Below are positions 52,838 through 62,108 of a stretch of 64,000 bases of DNA, piece after piece; the first letter of the stretch is position 1; every line of letters begins with the position of its first letter. This DNA is from Candidatus Dormiibacterota bacterium. GTDB taxonomy: Bacteria > Chloroflexota > Dormibacteria > Aeolococcales > Aeolococcaceae. The notes beneath the pieces were generated by a model, which worked only from the letters and a program-made list of their open reading frames with translations, ran no database searches and was not told where the DNA came from. The stretch spans positions 1,728,001 to 1,792,000 of the forward strand of contig OY970355.1 of the NCBI GenBank assembly GCA_963718525.1. Direction: 5' to 3'. The position numbers were made by a program, and so were the translations under genes.

Positions 52838-52874
52838 GCACCGTCACTCGACAAGATTGACGGAGGCACTCTCG

Positions 52875-54065
52875 ATGACCCCGACTCGCGCCGCACTGGC
52901 CATACCAGCAGCACTGGTGGTTCTTTCCGGTTGCGGGATGGCGGCCGCACACAATCCCAAGACAACCACGGTTTCGGTGGCACTCCCCGCCTCCGCGCCC
53001 GCCATTTCACCGGAGCGCCTGACCCGGCCTCTGAAGGTGATCGCTGCCACACCCACGTACGTCGTCGCGACGGTCGGGACCGGTGGCAGCAGCGAATGGC
53101 TGGAGATCATGACCCCGTCGGGCGCGGTTGTCGCCAGGACCGAGATCAACCCGACTGAGACATGGATGACCGCGGCCGGGGCCGGCGGCGCGTACTGGAC
53201 CGCGAACGGCGCGGAGTACGAGCTCAGCGTCTCGGGAACGGTCCGCAAGCTCGGGGTCGTGCCGAGCGATGCGAGCAGCGTCCTCATCGGACCCGACGGC
53301 AGCTCCTACGCGTATGCAACCTCTGACACGTTGAACTCCGACCCGGGCAACTACTCGATCCGGAACAAGATCGTCGTGGTGCACCCGGGTGCCCCCGCCA
53401 AGGTGATCGGCGAGCGCATCGCGACCGCCGCCGATCCGTGGTCCGGGCAGTCCGGCTGGGACTACTACCTGGTGAGCTGGACGGATGCCGGCATCGCCTT
53501 TGCCCGCGTGCCGACGGGCGGCTGTGGCTGCCGCAGCTTCGACATGCAGATGCAGTCGGCATACTCGGCCATCATCGATCCCGTCTCGCTCGGCGAGACC
53601 ACGGTGACGGCCAGCACCTCGTGCCCGCTCAGTGACATCGGCCCGGCCCTCGAGGCGGTGTGCTTCGACGGCTCCTATGCGACGGACGCGATCCGCTTCT
53701 CGTCCGGCGCCACCGTCATCCACAACTACGCGCTCTCCGGCAAGAACTTCGCCGGCGACGCGCTGTTCTCCGATGACGCCAGCCAGCTCGCTTACATCAC
53801 CATCCCGATCACCGAGGATCAATGCAACGGTACAGGCGGGCCGATCACGGCGACCCTGCGGGTCATGAACGTCGCGACCGGCACCGTGGTGAGCCGCGCG
53901 ATGGGCGACTTCGTTCCCTCCGCGTGGGCCGGTGGGGTCATCTTCGGCTCCGTCACCTCTGCGTCCGGCGCCGATTCGTGGCTGGTCGGTGTGAACCCCA
54001 GCACCCTGTCGGTCACCCGCCTCAGCCCCGACACCGCGAATACGGGAATCGTCGGGATCATCTAG
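52875..54065 (+). CDS. putative lipoprotein, beta-propeller-like and Cys-containing
   Basis: Lipobox LSGC; SD GGAGG; beta-rich repeats (IGPDGSSYAY, FSDDASQLAY); GGCGC motif. Confidence 0.75.
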   Translation: MTPTRAALAIPAALVVLSGCGMAAAHNPKTTTVSVALPASAPAISPERLTRPLKVIAATPTYVVATVGTGGSSEWLEIMTPSGAVVARTEINPTETWMTAAGAGGAYWTANGAEYELSVSGTVRKLGVVPSDASSVLIGPDGSSYAYATSDTLNSDPGNYSIRNKIVVVHPGAPAKVIGERIATAADPWSGQSGWDYYLVSWTDAGIAFARVPTGGCGCRSFDMQMQSAYSAIIDPVSLGETTVTASTSCPLSDIGPALEAVCFDGSYATDAIRFSSGATVIHNYALSGKNFAGDALFSDDASQLAYITIPITEDQCNGTGGPITATLRVMNVATGTVVSRAMGDFVPSAWAGGVIFGSVTSASGADSWLVGVNPSTLSVTRLSPDTANTGIVGII

Positions 54066-54086
54066 CTCCTCCGCTACGCTGGAGTC

Positions 54087-55094
54087 GTGAGTACGGCTGC
54101 ACGCGGAGACGTGGCTGCGGAGAAGATGATTCGCGGCAGGAATCGCGGCCTCGAGTTGCTACGCGCAACCGAGGCCGCAGCGCTGTCTGTGGGTCGCTTC
54201 CTCGGTCGCGGTGACAAGGCGGGCACCCGCGACGCCGGTCATGCGGTGATGGAGGAGGCGCTCACCGGCATGCCCTTCGAGGGCCGGGTGGTCATCGGCC
54301 CCGAGGGCTCCAACAACCGGCTGACCACGGGCCGGACGATCGGTGCCGGTCGCGACCGGGTCGACCTCGCGGTGCTGCCGGTGGACGGCATCAGCCTCGT
54401 GGCGGGCGGGCTCAGCCAGGCGCTCAGCCTCGCCGCCGCGGCCGAGACCGGCGGGATCCTGCTGCCGCCGCCGGTCGCGTACATGCACAAGATCGCGGTG
54501 GGCCCGGAGGCGCGCGGCGCCATCGACATCGGCGACACGCCGGAGAACAACCTGCGCCGCGTCGCCTTCGCCATGAACGTGCAGGTGCAGGACCTCACCG
54601 TCGTCCTGCTCGACCGCCCCCGCCACCAGGCGCTGCTCGAGCGCCTGCGCGCGCTCGGGGTGCGCGTCGCCATCGTCAGCGACGGGGACGTCGGGCTGGC
54701 CATGATGGCCGCGTGGCCCGGCTCGGGCATCGACGTGATGATCGGATCGGGTGGGACGCGCGAGGCGATCGTCGCCGCCTGCGCGATGCGCTGCCTCGGT
54801 GGCGAGCTGCAGTGCCGGCCCTGGGTGCGCCACGAGGACGAGGCCGCGGCGATGCGCGAGGCCGGCTACGACCCCGAGGCGTCGTTGAGCATGGAGCAGC
54901 TCGTTCCCGGTCGCGAGATCAGCGTCGCGGTGACCGGGATCAGCGGTGGCGGCCTGCTCCGCGGCGTGCGGTATCACAACTGGTGGGCAGAGACCCACAG
55001 CCTGGTGATGCGCGCGCAGAGCGGCACGGTGCGCGAGATCATCGCCAAGCACCACGTCGCACTCCAGCCGGACGAGGCCCGCAAGGTCCTTTGA
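54087..55094 (+). CDS. glpX: class II fructose-1,6-bisphosphatase GlpX-like protein (degenerate active site)
   Basis: LELLRATEAAAL, GRGDK, YMHKI, LDRPRH, SDGDV, CLGGELQ and THSLVMR..SGTVR. Confidence 0.8.
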   Translation: MSTAARGDVAAEKMIRGRNRGLELLRATEAAALSVGRFLGRGDKAGTRDAGHAVMEEALTGMPFEGRVVIGPEGSNNRLTTGRTIGAGRDRVDLAVLPVDGISLVAGGLSQALSLAAAAETGGILLPPPVAYMHKIAVGPEARGAIDIGDTPENNLRRVAFAMNVQVQDLTVVLLDRPRHQALLERLRALGVRVAIVSDGDVGLAMMAAWPGSGIDVMIGSGGTREAIVAACAMRCLGGELQCRPWVRHEDEAAAMREAGYDPEASLSMEQLVPGREISVAVTGISGGGLLRGVRYHNWWAETHSLVMRAQSGTVREIIAKHHVALQPDEARKVL

Positions 55095-55978
55095 CGCCCG
55101 ACGCGGCGAGGGCGGAGGCACTGCTCGAGCCTCCCTCGAGAGCGCTTCGCGCGGGCATGTGGACAGCAAGCCTGGGGCTGCGAATGCTCGGCTCGGGCCG
55201 GTACGCCATCGGCGACGTCATCGGCACTTGCATCTATGCGGGGTCGCCCAGGAGCCGCAGGCGCTGCGCCGCCAATCACCGGCGCCTCGATCCGGCGCTC
55301 GACGCGCGGGGGGCGCGGCGCCGCGCGCTCGCGTCGTTTCGCAACTACGCGCGCACTTCGGTCGACTTCGTCTGGCAGTACGGGGTGCCGCCGCATGCGA
55401 TGCACCGGCATTTCCGCGCCTACGGGCTCGAGAACGCGCATCGGGCGATCGAGGAGCACGGCGGGGGAGTCTTCGCGCTCGCCCACTTCGGCAGCTGGGA
55501 CGTGGCGGCGTCATGCGGGTTCGCCTCGGGGCTGCGGGTCACCGCCGTGATGGCGCCCGTCGGCAACGACCTCGTCACCAGGATCGCCGCCTGGGCACGG
55601 CGCCGCCAGGACCTCGAGGTGCTGGTGTCATCCAACGCGGCGCGCGGGTTGATCAAGGCGGTGCGGAGGGGCAGGTTCGCCGCGATCCTCAGCGACATCC
55701 CCGAGCGCGGCGACACGGTGGCCGTCGATTTCTGCGGCGGCAGGGTGGCCTTCAGCACCGCCGCCGCGTGGCTGGGGCGGGTAGCGAAGGTACCGGTCAT
55801 GCCGGTGGAATGCTTTCGCCACAAGGGGCTGTATCGCCTGGTGGTGCACCCGCCGGTCGCGATCGAGCCGGGGGACACCGACACCGAGATCACGCAGCGG
55901 ATCGCGACGGAGCTGGAGGTTGCGATCCGGCGCAACCCGGAGTGGTGGTACCCGTTCGGCGAGATCTACCAGCCGTAG
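55091..55978 (+). CDS. lysophospholipid/phosphatidylinositol-mannoside acyltransferase (LpxL/PatA family)
   Basis: SFRNYAR, AHFGSWD (HxxxxD), ILSD, VDFCG and IRRNPEWW. Start approximate (TTG 55091). Confidence 0.8.
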   Translation: MTPDAARAEALLEPPSRALRAGMWTASLGLRMLGSGRYAIGDVIGTCIYAGSPRSRRRCAANHRRLDPALDARGARRRALASFRNYARTSVDFVWQYGVPPHAMHRHFRAYGLENAHRAIEEHGGGVFALAHFGSWDVAASCGFASGLRVTAVMAPVGNDLVTRIAAWARRRQDLEVLVSSNAARGLIKAVRRGRFAAILSDIPERGDTVAVDFCGGRVAFSTAAAWLGRVAKVPVMPVECFRHKGLYRLVVHPPVAIEPGDTDTEITQRIATELEVAIRRNPEWWYPFGEIYQP

Positions 55979-56023
55979 ATTCACGCGGCCGGCCGGTCAG
56001 AGGCTGGGTGCCGTTCCCCAAAT

Positions 56024-56066
56024 TTGCCTTGGAGGCTGTTCGGCTGTAGCATTGTCTTATGACAAT
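56024..56066 (+). promoter_or_regulatory. promoter TTGCCT-N17-TAGCAT with overlapping GntR operator ATTGTC-N4-GACAAT
   Basis: Canonical spacing; ATG 6 nt after the -10; the palindrome overlaps the start codon of the regulator. Confidence 0.65.
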
Positions 56067-56532
56067 AGATAAACCGGCCAGCGCATCGGCGTCACCGATC
56101 GAATTCCGACTGGACCCCGCCTCAGGTGTGCCCACCCACCTCCAGCTCGTGCAGCAGGTCGAGCACGCCATGCGGCTTGGGTACCTCAAGCCCGGCGACC
56201 AGCTGCCCAAGGTGAGGGACGCGGTCGCCTCGCTCGCCATCAACCCGAACACCGTGCTCAAGGCATACCGCGAGCTCGAGATCAAGGGCCTCGCGACCGG
56301 ACGCCCCGGTCAGGGCACGTTCGTCACCGCCACACTCAGCCAGGCCACGCTGCCCGAGCTGACCCGGCTTCGACGCTCGTTGCTCACGTGGCTGGCCACA
56401 GCCGACACCGCAGGGCTGGACGAGGATGGCATCGTCGCGCTCTTCACCAGCGGGCTTCGTGACTTTCGTGAACGTCGCGGGTCCGGCGAACGCCACGGCG
56501 CCGCGAACGGCGACACAGAAGGTGTCGCATGA
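56059..56532 (+). CDS. GntR family (YtrA-type) regulator
   Basis: LKPGDQLPKVR...INPNTVLKAYRELE...GQGTFV; short C-terminus; precedes ABC genes. Confidence 0.9.
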   Translation: MTIDKPASASASPIEFRLDPASGVPTHLQLVQQVEHAMRLGYLKPGDQLPKVRDAVASLAINPNTVLKAYRELEIKGLATGRPGQGTFVTATLSQATLPELTRLRRSLLTWLATADTAGLDEDGIVALFTSGLRDFRERRGSGERHGAANGDTEGVA

Positions 56533-57446
56533 ACGTCATCGAGACCAGTGGCCTGGGCAAGCGCTACGGCACCACCTGGGCGCTGCGCGACTGCAGCCTG
56601 GCGATCCCCGATGGGCACGTCGTCGCCTTGGTCGGACCGAACGGCGCGGGCAAGACCACGCTGCTGAACCTCACAGTCGGTCTCGCGGCGCAGACCGCGG
56701 GCATCGTCAGCGTGCTGGGTGGGATGCCCGCCGGATCGCCGGCCGCGTTGGACGGCATTGCATTCGTCGCCCAGGACACGCCGCTGTACAAGAACCTGTC
56801 GGCCGCCGACATGCTGCATATGACCCGGAACTTGAACCGCCGCTTCGACGAGCGGTACGCCACGGCTCGGCTTGGCGAACTGGGCATCCCGCTGCAGCGG
56901 ACGGCCGGCAAGCTGTCCGGCGGCCAGCAGGCGCAGCTCGCACTGACCCTGGCTCTGGCGAGGCGACCTCAGCTGCTCGTGCTCGACGAGCCGATGGCGA
57001 TGCTCGACCCGCTCGCCCGGCACGACTTCATGGCGACCGTGATGACCGCGATTGCAGACGACGGGGTGTCGGTGCTGCTGTCCTCGCATGTGCTGGCCGA
57101 GCTGGAGCGGGTGGCCGATTACCTTGTCCTGCTCTCCGATGGGAGCGTCCAGGTGTCGGGTGAGGTCGACGACCTGCTCGCCTCCCACCGTGTGCTCACC
57201 GGCCCCGCCGCCGAAGCCGGCGCATACGCGCCGCGCCTGAACGTCGTGCATGTCCGGCGCGGCGAGGCCCAGGCGCACCTGCTGGTCAGGACCAACGGAA
57301 CCAGCGAGCAGGTACCACCGGGCTGGGAGGCACACCCTGTGAGCCTCGAAGAACTCACCCTGGCGTACATGCGCGATCCCAACGCCGCGGCGCTGCCCGG
57401 CCCGGTGCGCGCGACGGTCGGTCAACCGATCGAGGCAAGGAATTGA
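56529..57446 (+). CDS. ABC transporter ATP-binding protein
   Basis: GPNGAGKT, LSGGQ, LDEP and SSH. Confidence 0.92.
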   Translation: MNVIETSGLGKRYGTTWALRDCSLAIPDGHVVALVGPNGAGKTTLLNLTVGLAAQTAGIVSVLGGMPAGSPAALDGIAFVAQDTPLYKNLSAADMLHMTRNLNRRFDERYATARLGELGIPLQRTAGKLSGGQQAQLALTLALARRPQLLVLDEPMAMLDPLARHDFMATVMTAIADDGVSVLLSSHVLAELERVADYLVLLSDGSVQVSGEVDDLLASHRVLTGPAAEAGAYAPRLNVVHVRRGEAQAHLLVRTNGTSEQVPPGWEAHPVSLEELTLAYMRDPNAAALPGPVRATVGQPIEARN

Positions 57447-58495
57447 GCGCCGCGACCCTGCCCGCACGGGCCGGAGACGACGAGAGGCTGCGGCCCCTGC
57501 CGTGGCGGCGGATGGCCTGGGTCACCTGGCGACAGCACAGGCTCACCTTGGCCGGGCTCGTCGCGCTGCTTGGCGCGGCGGCGGTGTACCTGCTGATCAC
57601 AGGCCTACAGATGCACGATGCCTACGCCTCGGTGGCCGGCTGCCGCCCGGCAAATGCACAGATCTGCCAGCAGGTGGACAACGACTTCTTGAAGACCTAC
57701 GCACCCGGCGTGGGCGTGGTCTTCGGGTTGTTCCAGGTGGTTCCAGCGCTGATCGGCGCGTTTGCCGGTGCTCCGGTGCTGGCGAGGGAACTGGAGACCG
57801 GCACCTTCCGCTTTGCGTGGACCCAGGGCTTCGGACGGGCACGCTGGACCATCGCCAAACTGGTGCCGCTCGCGGTCGCGGTCACCGTCGCCGCCGGTGC
57901 GTTCAGCGTGCTGGTCTCCTGGTACGTGCAGCCGATCTTCGGCGCCGGCGACAACAACGGCCCGCTGTATCCCACCCTGTTCGACCTGCTCGGGGTGGCG
58001 CTCGCCGCCTGGACTCTGACCGCGTTCGCGATCGGCGTCCTGGCCGGCTTCCTGATCCGTCGGGTGATCCCCGCAATCTTCGCCACGCTCGCCACGTGGG
58101 CTGCCCTCGCCTTAGGGGCCGGCCTCTTCTTGCGCGCGCACTACGTGGCGCCGCTGGTCACCAGCAATCCCACCATCCCTGTCCAAGCCTGGCTGATCAA
58201 CCAGGGGTGGTTCCGGGGCGGCAGCCCGGCGAGCCTCGACATGATCAACGCCACGCTGGCTCAGGTCGACGTCCGGGCGGTGACCCCCGAACTGTTCCAA
58301 CCCGGACCCGCGACGCCGGCCACCCTCGGCGACCCCGTGCAGTACCTGATCCGGCACGGCTACACGCAGTTGACGACCTACCAGCCGGTCAGCGAGTTCT
58401 GGCGATTCCAATGGATCGAAGGCGGCTGGCTCTTCGCGCTCTCATTGATCCTCATCGCGTCGACCGTCTGGTTGGTCCGCCGGCGCGCCGCCTGA
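57443..58495 (+). CDS. ABC transporter permease
   Basis: WVTWRQHR, GAPVLARELETGT...WTQG and YQP..FWRFQWIE; six TMs. Confidence 0.85.
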   Translation: MSAATLPARAGDDERLRPLPWRRMAWVTWRQHRLTLAGLVALLGAAAVYLLITGLQMHDAYASVAGCRPANAQICQQVDNDFLKTYAPGVGVVFGLFQVVPALIGAFAGAPVLARELETGTFRFAWTQGFGRARWTIAKLVPLAVAVTVAAGAFSVLVSWYVQPIFGAGDNNGPLYPTLFDLLGVALAAWTLTAFAIGVLAGFLIRRVIPAIFATLATWAALALGAGLFLRAHYVAPLVTSNPTIPVQAWLINQGWFRGGSPASLDMINATLAQVDVRAVTPELFQPGPATPATLGDPVQYLIRHGYTQLTTYQPVSEFWRFQWIEGGWLFALSLILIASTVWLVRRRAA

Positions 58496-58522
58496 AGCGC
58501 CCGTTCACGGATCGCCGCCGGA

Positions 58523-59212
58523 TCAGTGCCGCAGCGTGTCCGCGCCAGGGTCGGTGCGTGGACCCATGAGCGGCCGCCCCGGGCGCTCGTCAAAGATGAG
58601 GCGCTGATACGCGCGCCGCCAGAAGTGGCCGTACGTGCGCGCGTCCGTGGGCAGGCCCTCGAGGCGGCGGAGCAGGAGCAGCACCAGGATCGCCAGGCAG
58701 CCGCTGCCGAGGATCCAGCCGTGGGAGTTGCCGAAGACAAACGCGACCGCCGGCAGGATGACGAAGCCCACCAGGACCGCCAGGGCGATGCGGCCGCGAA
58801 TCGCCCCCCACGCGAAGCACATCAGCAGCGCGATCAGGCCCGCGACCGAGAGCGCCGCAACCGCGCCGGTCGCGACCGCGACGCCGCGCCCGCCGTTGAA
58901 GCGCATGTAGACCGGCCAGCCATTGCCGGCCACTGCGCAGACCCCGATGAGCATGGATGCGGTCAGCGGGAGCCCGTCGAGCCGCGACGCCAGCACCGGA
59001 CCGAACCCCTGGGCGAACTGGAGCGGCCCCACGATCACCGCGATATCGATGCCGGCGTGGCGGTACACGTTGCTCGTGCCGATGTTGCCGGTGCCGAAGT
59101 TGCGCAGGTCGAGGCCGTAGCGTTTGCGGCGCACCAGCAGCCAGCCGACCGGCAGGCCGCCGATGAGATAGGCCCCCAGGCACCATCCCGCGACGACCCA
59201 TGGGGAGATCAT
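58523..59212 (-). CDS. plsY: glycerol-3-phosphate acyltransferase PlsY
   Basis: YLIGGLPVG, DLRNFGTGNIGTSNVYR, AKG-like AQG, and GNGWPVY.RFNGGRGVA. Confidence 0.8.
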   Translation of the reverse strand: MISPWVVAGWCLGAYLIGGLPVGWLLVRRKRYGLDLRNFGTGNIGTSNVYRHAGIDIAVIVGPLQFAQGFGPVLASRLDGLPLTASMLIGVCAVAGNGWPVYMRFNGGRGVAVATGAVAALSVAGLIALLMCFAWGAIRGRIALAVLVGFVILPAVAFVFGNSHGWILGSGCLAILVLLLLRRLEGLPTDARTYGHFWRRAYQRLIFDERPGRPLMGPRTDPGADTLRH

Positions 59213-59246
59213 GATGCCGGCAATCATCCTCGCTTGTGTACGGTAG

Positions 59247-60119
59247 GTGACCGTGAGGGATAGAGCGCTGGTTGTGGACGGCGGTGCCGCGCTGCAGGAG
59301 GACCTGGAGCGCGGTGTTGTCGTCGTGCCCCAGCACATCACCGTCGGGCACCGGGAGTTCATCGACGACGGCAATCCCGAGGCATACGCCGACTTCTACG
59401 CACTGCTTCGCGGCGGAGGTGTGACCGCGACGGCAACGCCATCGCCCGGAACCTACCTCGACGCGTTCCGGCGGAGTGATGCCGAAACGATCCTCTGTCT
59501 CACGATCCCCGAACGCTGGAGCGGGATGCACTCGACGGCGAACCTGGCGGCCGGCATGCTCGAGGCTGAGGAGGGGCGGCGCCGGGTGACCGTCGTCGAC
59601 ACCGGCACTGCCGTGGCAGGGTTCTCGCTGGTCGCACGCTGTGCCTCGTACCTCGCCGAGACGACGCCGGATGCGAGCGCGTGGATTGCTGCAGTCCGCG
59701 CCTCCTGCGAACGCGTTCGCGTGTACGGAGCGTTGGCGACGCTCACCTACGTCGCACGCACCGGCCGCGTGCCGGGACTGTTGGCGGGGATCTCCAACAC
59801 GCTGCGGATCCGTCCCGTCTTCCGGCTCGTCGAGGGAGGCAGCACGGGCAGGGTGGGGCTGACGCGCACGGTCAGCGGGGCGATCCGTCAGCTGGCGGCC
59901 GTGGCAGTCGACGAGCTCGGCCCCGGACCGCAGTGGCTGATGGTGTTCCATGCTGATGCCGTCGACGAGGCCGCCGAGCTCGCGCTCCGCCTCGGTGAGG
60001 TGACGCACGTGGTTCGCGCCGAGACCCTCGAGCTGAGTCCGATGTTCGGCGCGCACACAGGCCCTGGGACGATCGGCTTTGCAGCGCTCCCGTGGCCGGG
60101 CGGAGCACCACCGGACTGA
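59247..60119 (+). CDS. DegV family fatty-acid binding protein (FakB-like)
   Basis: TATPSPG, SGMHSTA, VVDT, TLTYVARTGR, L.IRPV and GAHTGPG. Confidence 0.85.
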   Translation: MTVRDRALVVDGGAALQEDLERGVVVVPQHITVGHREFIDDGNPEAYADFYALLRGGGVTATATPSPGTYLDAFRRSDAETILCLTIPERWSGMHSTANLAAGMLEAEEGRRRVTVVDTGTAVAGFSLVARCASYLAETTPDASAWIAAVRASCERVRVYGALATLTYVARTGRVPGLLAGISNTLRIRPVFRLVEGGSTGRVGLTRTVSGAIRQLAAVAVDELGPGPQWLMVFHADAVDEAAELALRLGEVTHVVRAETLELSPMFGAHTGPGTIGFAALPWPGGAPPD

Positions 60120-60167
60120 TCTGAGCGCCGGCGCGCCGCGTGAAGCCACTGGGCATACCATCGATGC

Positions 60168-61241
60168 GTGGTGACGGAGGCAGCTCCTCCTACCGACGAG
60201 CAACGCTCGGTGGAGGAGCATGATCACGACCAATCCGGCGTGGCGCGCCCACGGCGGCGGTGGCTGGCGTACCTGCCGCTGCTGTTCGCCTTTGGTGCCA
60301 TTGCTGCGCTGCTGGTGTATGCGGACCCGCACAAGATCGGCATCGCCTTCCAGCGATTCAACCTTGTCTACGTACCGATCGTCGTCGCGCTCGCGGTCGG
60401 TTTCTACATCGTGCAAGGGGTGCGGTGGTGGACGCTGAACCGCGCGCTCGGCATCAGATTCCCCTTGGTGGACACGGTCTTTCTCACCGAAACCGGACAG
60501 GCGACGGCACTGCTGCCGCTCGGTGAGCTGACCCGCGCGCTGCTGGTATCAAAAGCAGCGAAGGTGCATCTCGGCGTGGTGGTTGCGAGCGAGACGGTGC
60601 AGGAATTGCTGTTCGTGTTCATGCTCTTCGTGCTCGCACTGCCCAAGGCGCTCAGCCTGCACCTCATCGCGATTGCCGTTGCGGTGCCAATGCTTTTCGT
60701 CATCGGCATCGTCGCGATCCTCACTGTCGAAAAGCTGTATGCGCGCGTGCGCCGCATCATCGGGCGAGTGCCATTCCTCAAGCGCATCCGCCCCGCGGTG
60801 GACGAACTGCACCGTGACACGCGTCTGCTGTTCCGGCACGCGGACACGTATCGATACCTGCCGTTGAGCGCCGCCCAGGCGGCGATGGCGGTGACATTGC
60901 TGTGGGCGGTGGCGCAGGCAGTCGACCCGGGCAAGCTCAGCTGGACCAGCGCCGGCTTTGTCTATGCGGTGACCCAGGGGGCTGCGTGGTTGAGCTTCTC
61001 GCCGGGAGGCCTTGGTGCGGTGGAGGCGAGCACCGCCGGCCTGCTGGTGCTGCTCGGCATCAGCTTTGACATTGCCACGGCAATCTCGGTGATGCAGCGG
61101 CTGGCGGACAAGGGGCTGAACACCGTGATCGGTTGGATCTGCTACCTGTTCGCTCGGCGGCGGTACACCCTGACCGGGGCGTCGCTGTTCCGGTTCGAGA
61201 TGCCGCGGGGCGAGGAGGCGGTTGGAGCCGGACCGGGCTGA
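60168..61241 (+). CDS. lysylphosphatidylglycerol synthase TM-domain / flippase-like protein (UPF0104)
   Basis: RW motif, LP..GEL.R, SPGGLGAVE; multiple TMs. Confidence 0.8.
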   Translation: MVTEAAPPTDEQRSVEEHDHDQSGVARPRRRWLAYLPLLFAFGAIAALLVYADPHKIGIAFQRFNLVYVPIVVALAVGFYIVQGVRWWTLNRALGIRFPLVDTVFLTETGQATALLPLGELTRALLVSKAAKVHLGVVVASETVQELLFVFMLFVLALPKALSLHLIAIAVAVPMLFVIGIVAILTVEKLYARVRRIIGRVPFLKRIRPAVDELHRDTRLLFRHADTYRYLPLSAAQAAMAVTLLWAVAQAVDPGKLSWTSAGFVYAVTQGAAWLSFSPGGLGAVEASTAGLLVLLGISFDIATAISVMQRLADKGLNTVIGWICYLFARRRYTLTGASLFRFEMPRGEEAVGAGPG

Positions 61242-61481
61242 CGGGCTAACGTTCCAATCGCGTCTGAATGTAAACGCGGGTATCCATTTCGGATTTGCCG
61301 ACTGGCGGAAATCTTTACCAATCCCTCAGGAATCGCGGCGGCGGCCGAAGCCTTGCAAGGACCTAAACGCGAATGTGCCAGACGGTAGTGCCTTGCCGTA
61401 TCGAAGGCTCTGCAAGCGACCCTCCGAAATTGGTATCCTCCAGCCCAAGCAGTTTTGCTTCGTTTGCAGGAGGGTCTGGCG

Positions 61482-62108
61482 GTGGATTTCAGGAGAGCAG
61501 CGTGCACAGCGCTCTTGGCCCCGCTTGCGCTCGCAGGGGGGATCTTCGTTTCGACCCTGGGTAGCACGAGCGTCCTCGCAGCCTCGAGATCGAGCGTCGC
61601 CGCCAAAACACCGGCAAGCTCTTCAACGCACCACGAGCACGAGAGCGTCGAGTGCACTCCCGGTAAGGTCGCCGAAAAGCATGGACAGTGCGCGGTGGTC
61701 TTCGTCGACAAGAGCAACGCCGAAAACTCGGTCGGACAGAAGGTGTGCTTCAGCGTTAGCAACGACGCCGGGAGCGTACAGACCGGTACCGGGAATTGCG
61801 CGTATATCAATAAGAACGACAAGGCGCTCGGAACCTTCACGACCAGCGGCAGCTACTGCGGCAGAGCGACCATCACGGCGGTCGAGCCCAACGAGGGCGA
61901 TGAGCAGGCCCATCACACCACGATCACCATCGTCTGCCCGACTAAAGCGACGACGACCAGCGTCACGGTCCCCGCGGCGCCTCCGTCTTCACCCATGGGT
62001 TGGCTGCTAGGCGCGATGGGCGTTGGCATTGCGCTCCTTACGGGTTACGCCGTATGGACTCGTCGTTGGTTTGCTGCAAGGAGGCACGGGGCCCGCCAGT
62101 CTGCGTGA
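61482..62108 (+). CDS. secreted Cys-rich protein with C-terminal TM and basic tail (cell-surface sorting-signal-like)
   Basis: SD AGGAGGG; signal peptide; six Cys in the mature domain; VPAAP, hydrophobic helix, then TRRWFAARR. Confidence 0.7.
   Translation: MDFRRAACTALLAPLALAGGIFVSTLGSTSVLAASRSSVAAKTPASSSTHHEHESVECTPGKVAEKHGQCAVVFVDKSNAENSVGQKVCFSVSNDAGSVQTGTGNCAYINKNDKALGTFTTSGSYCGRATITAVEPNEGDEQAHHTTITIVCPTKATTTSVTVPAAPPSSPMGWLLGAMGVGIALLTGYAVWTRRWFAARRHGARQSA

Noticed and set aside
61242-61480. Possible riboswitch in the long intergenic region
   Set aside because: I could not match it to any known aptamer consensus by eye; an Rfam scan would be needed.
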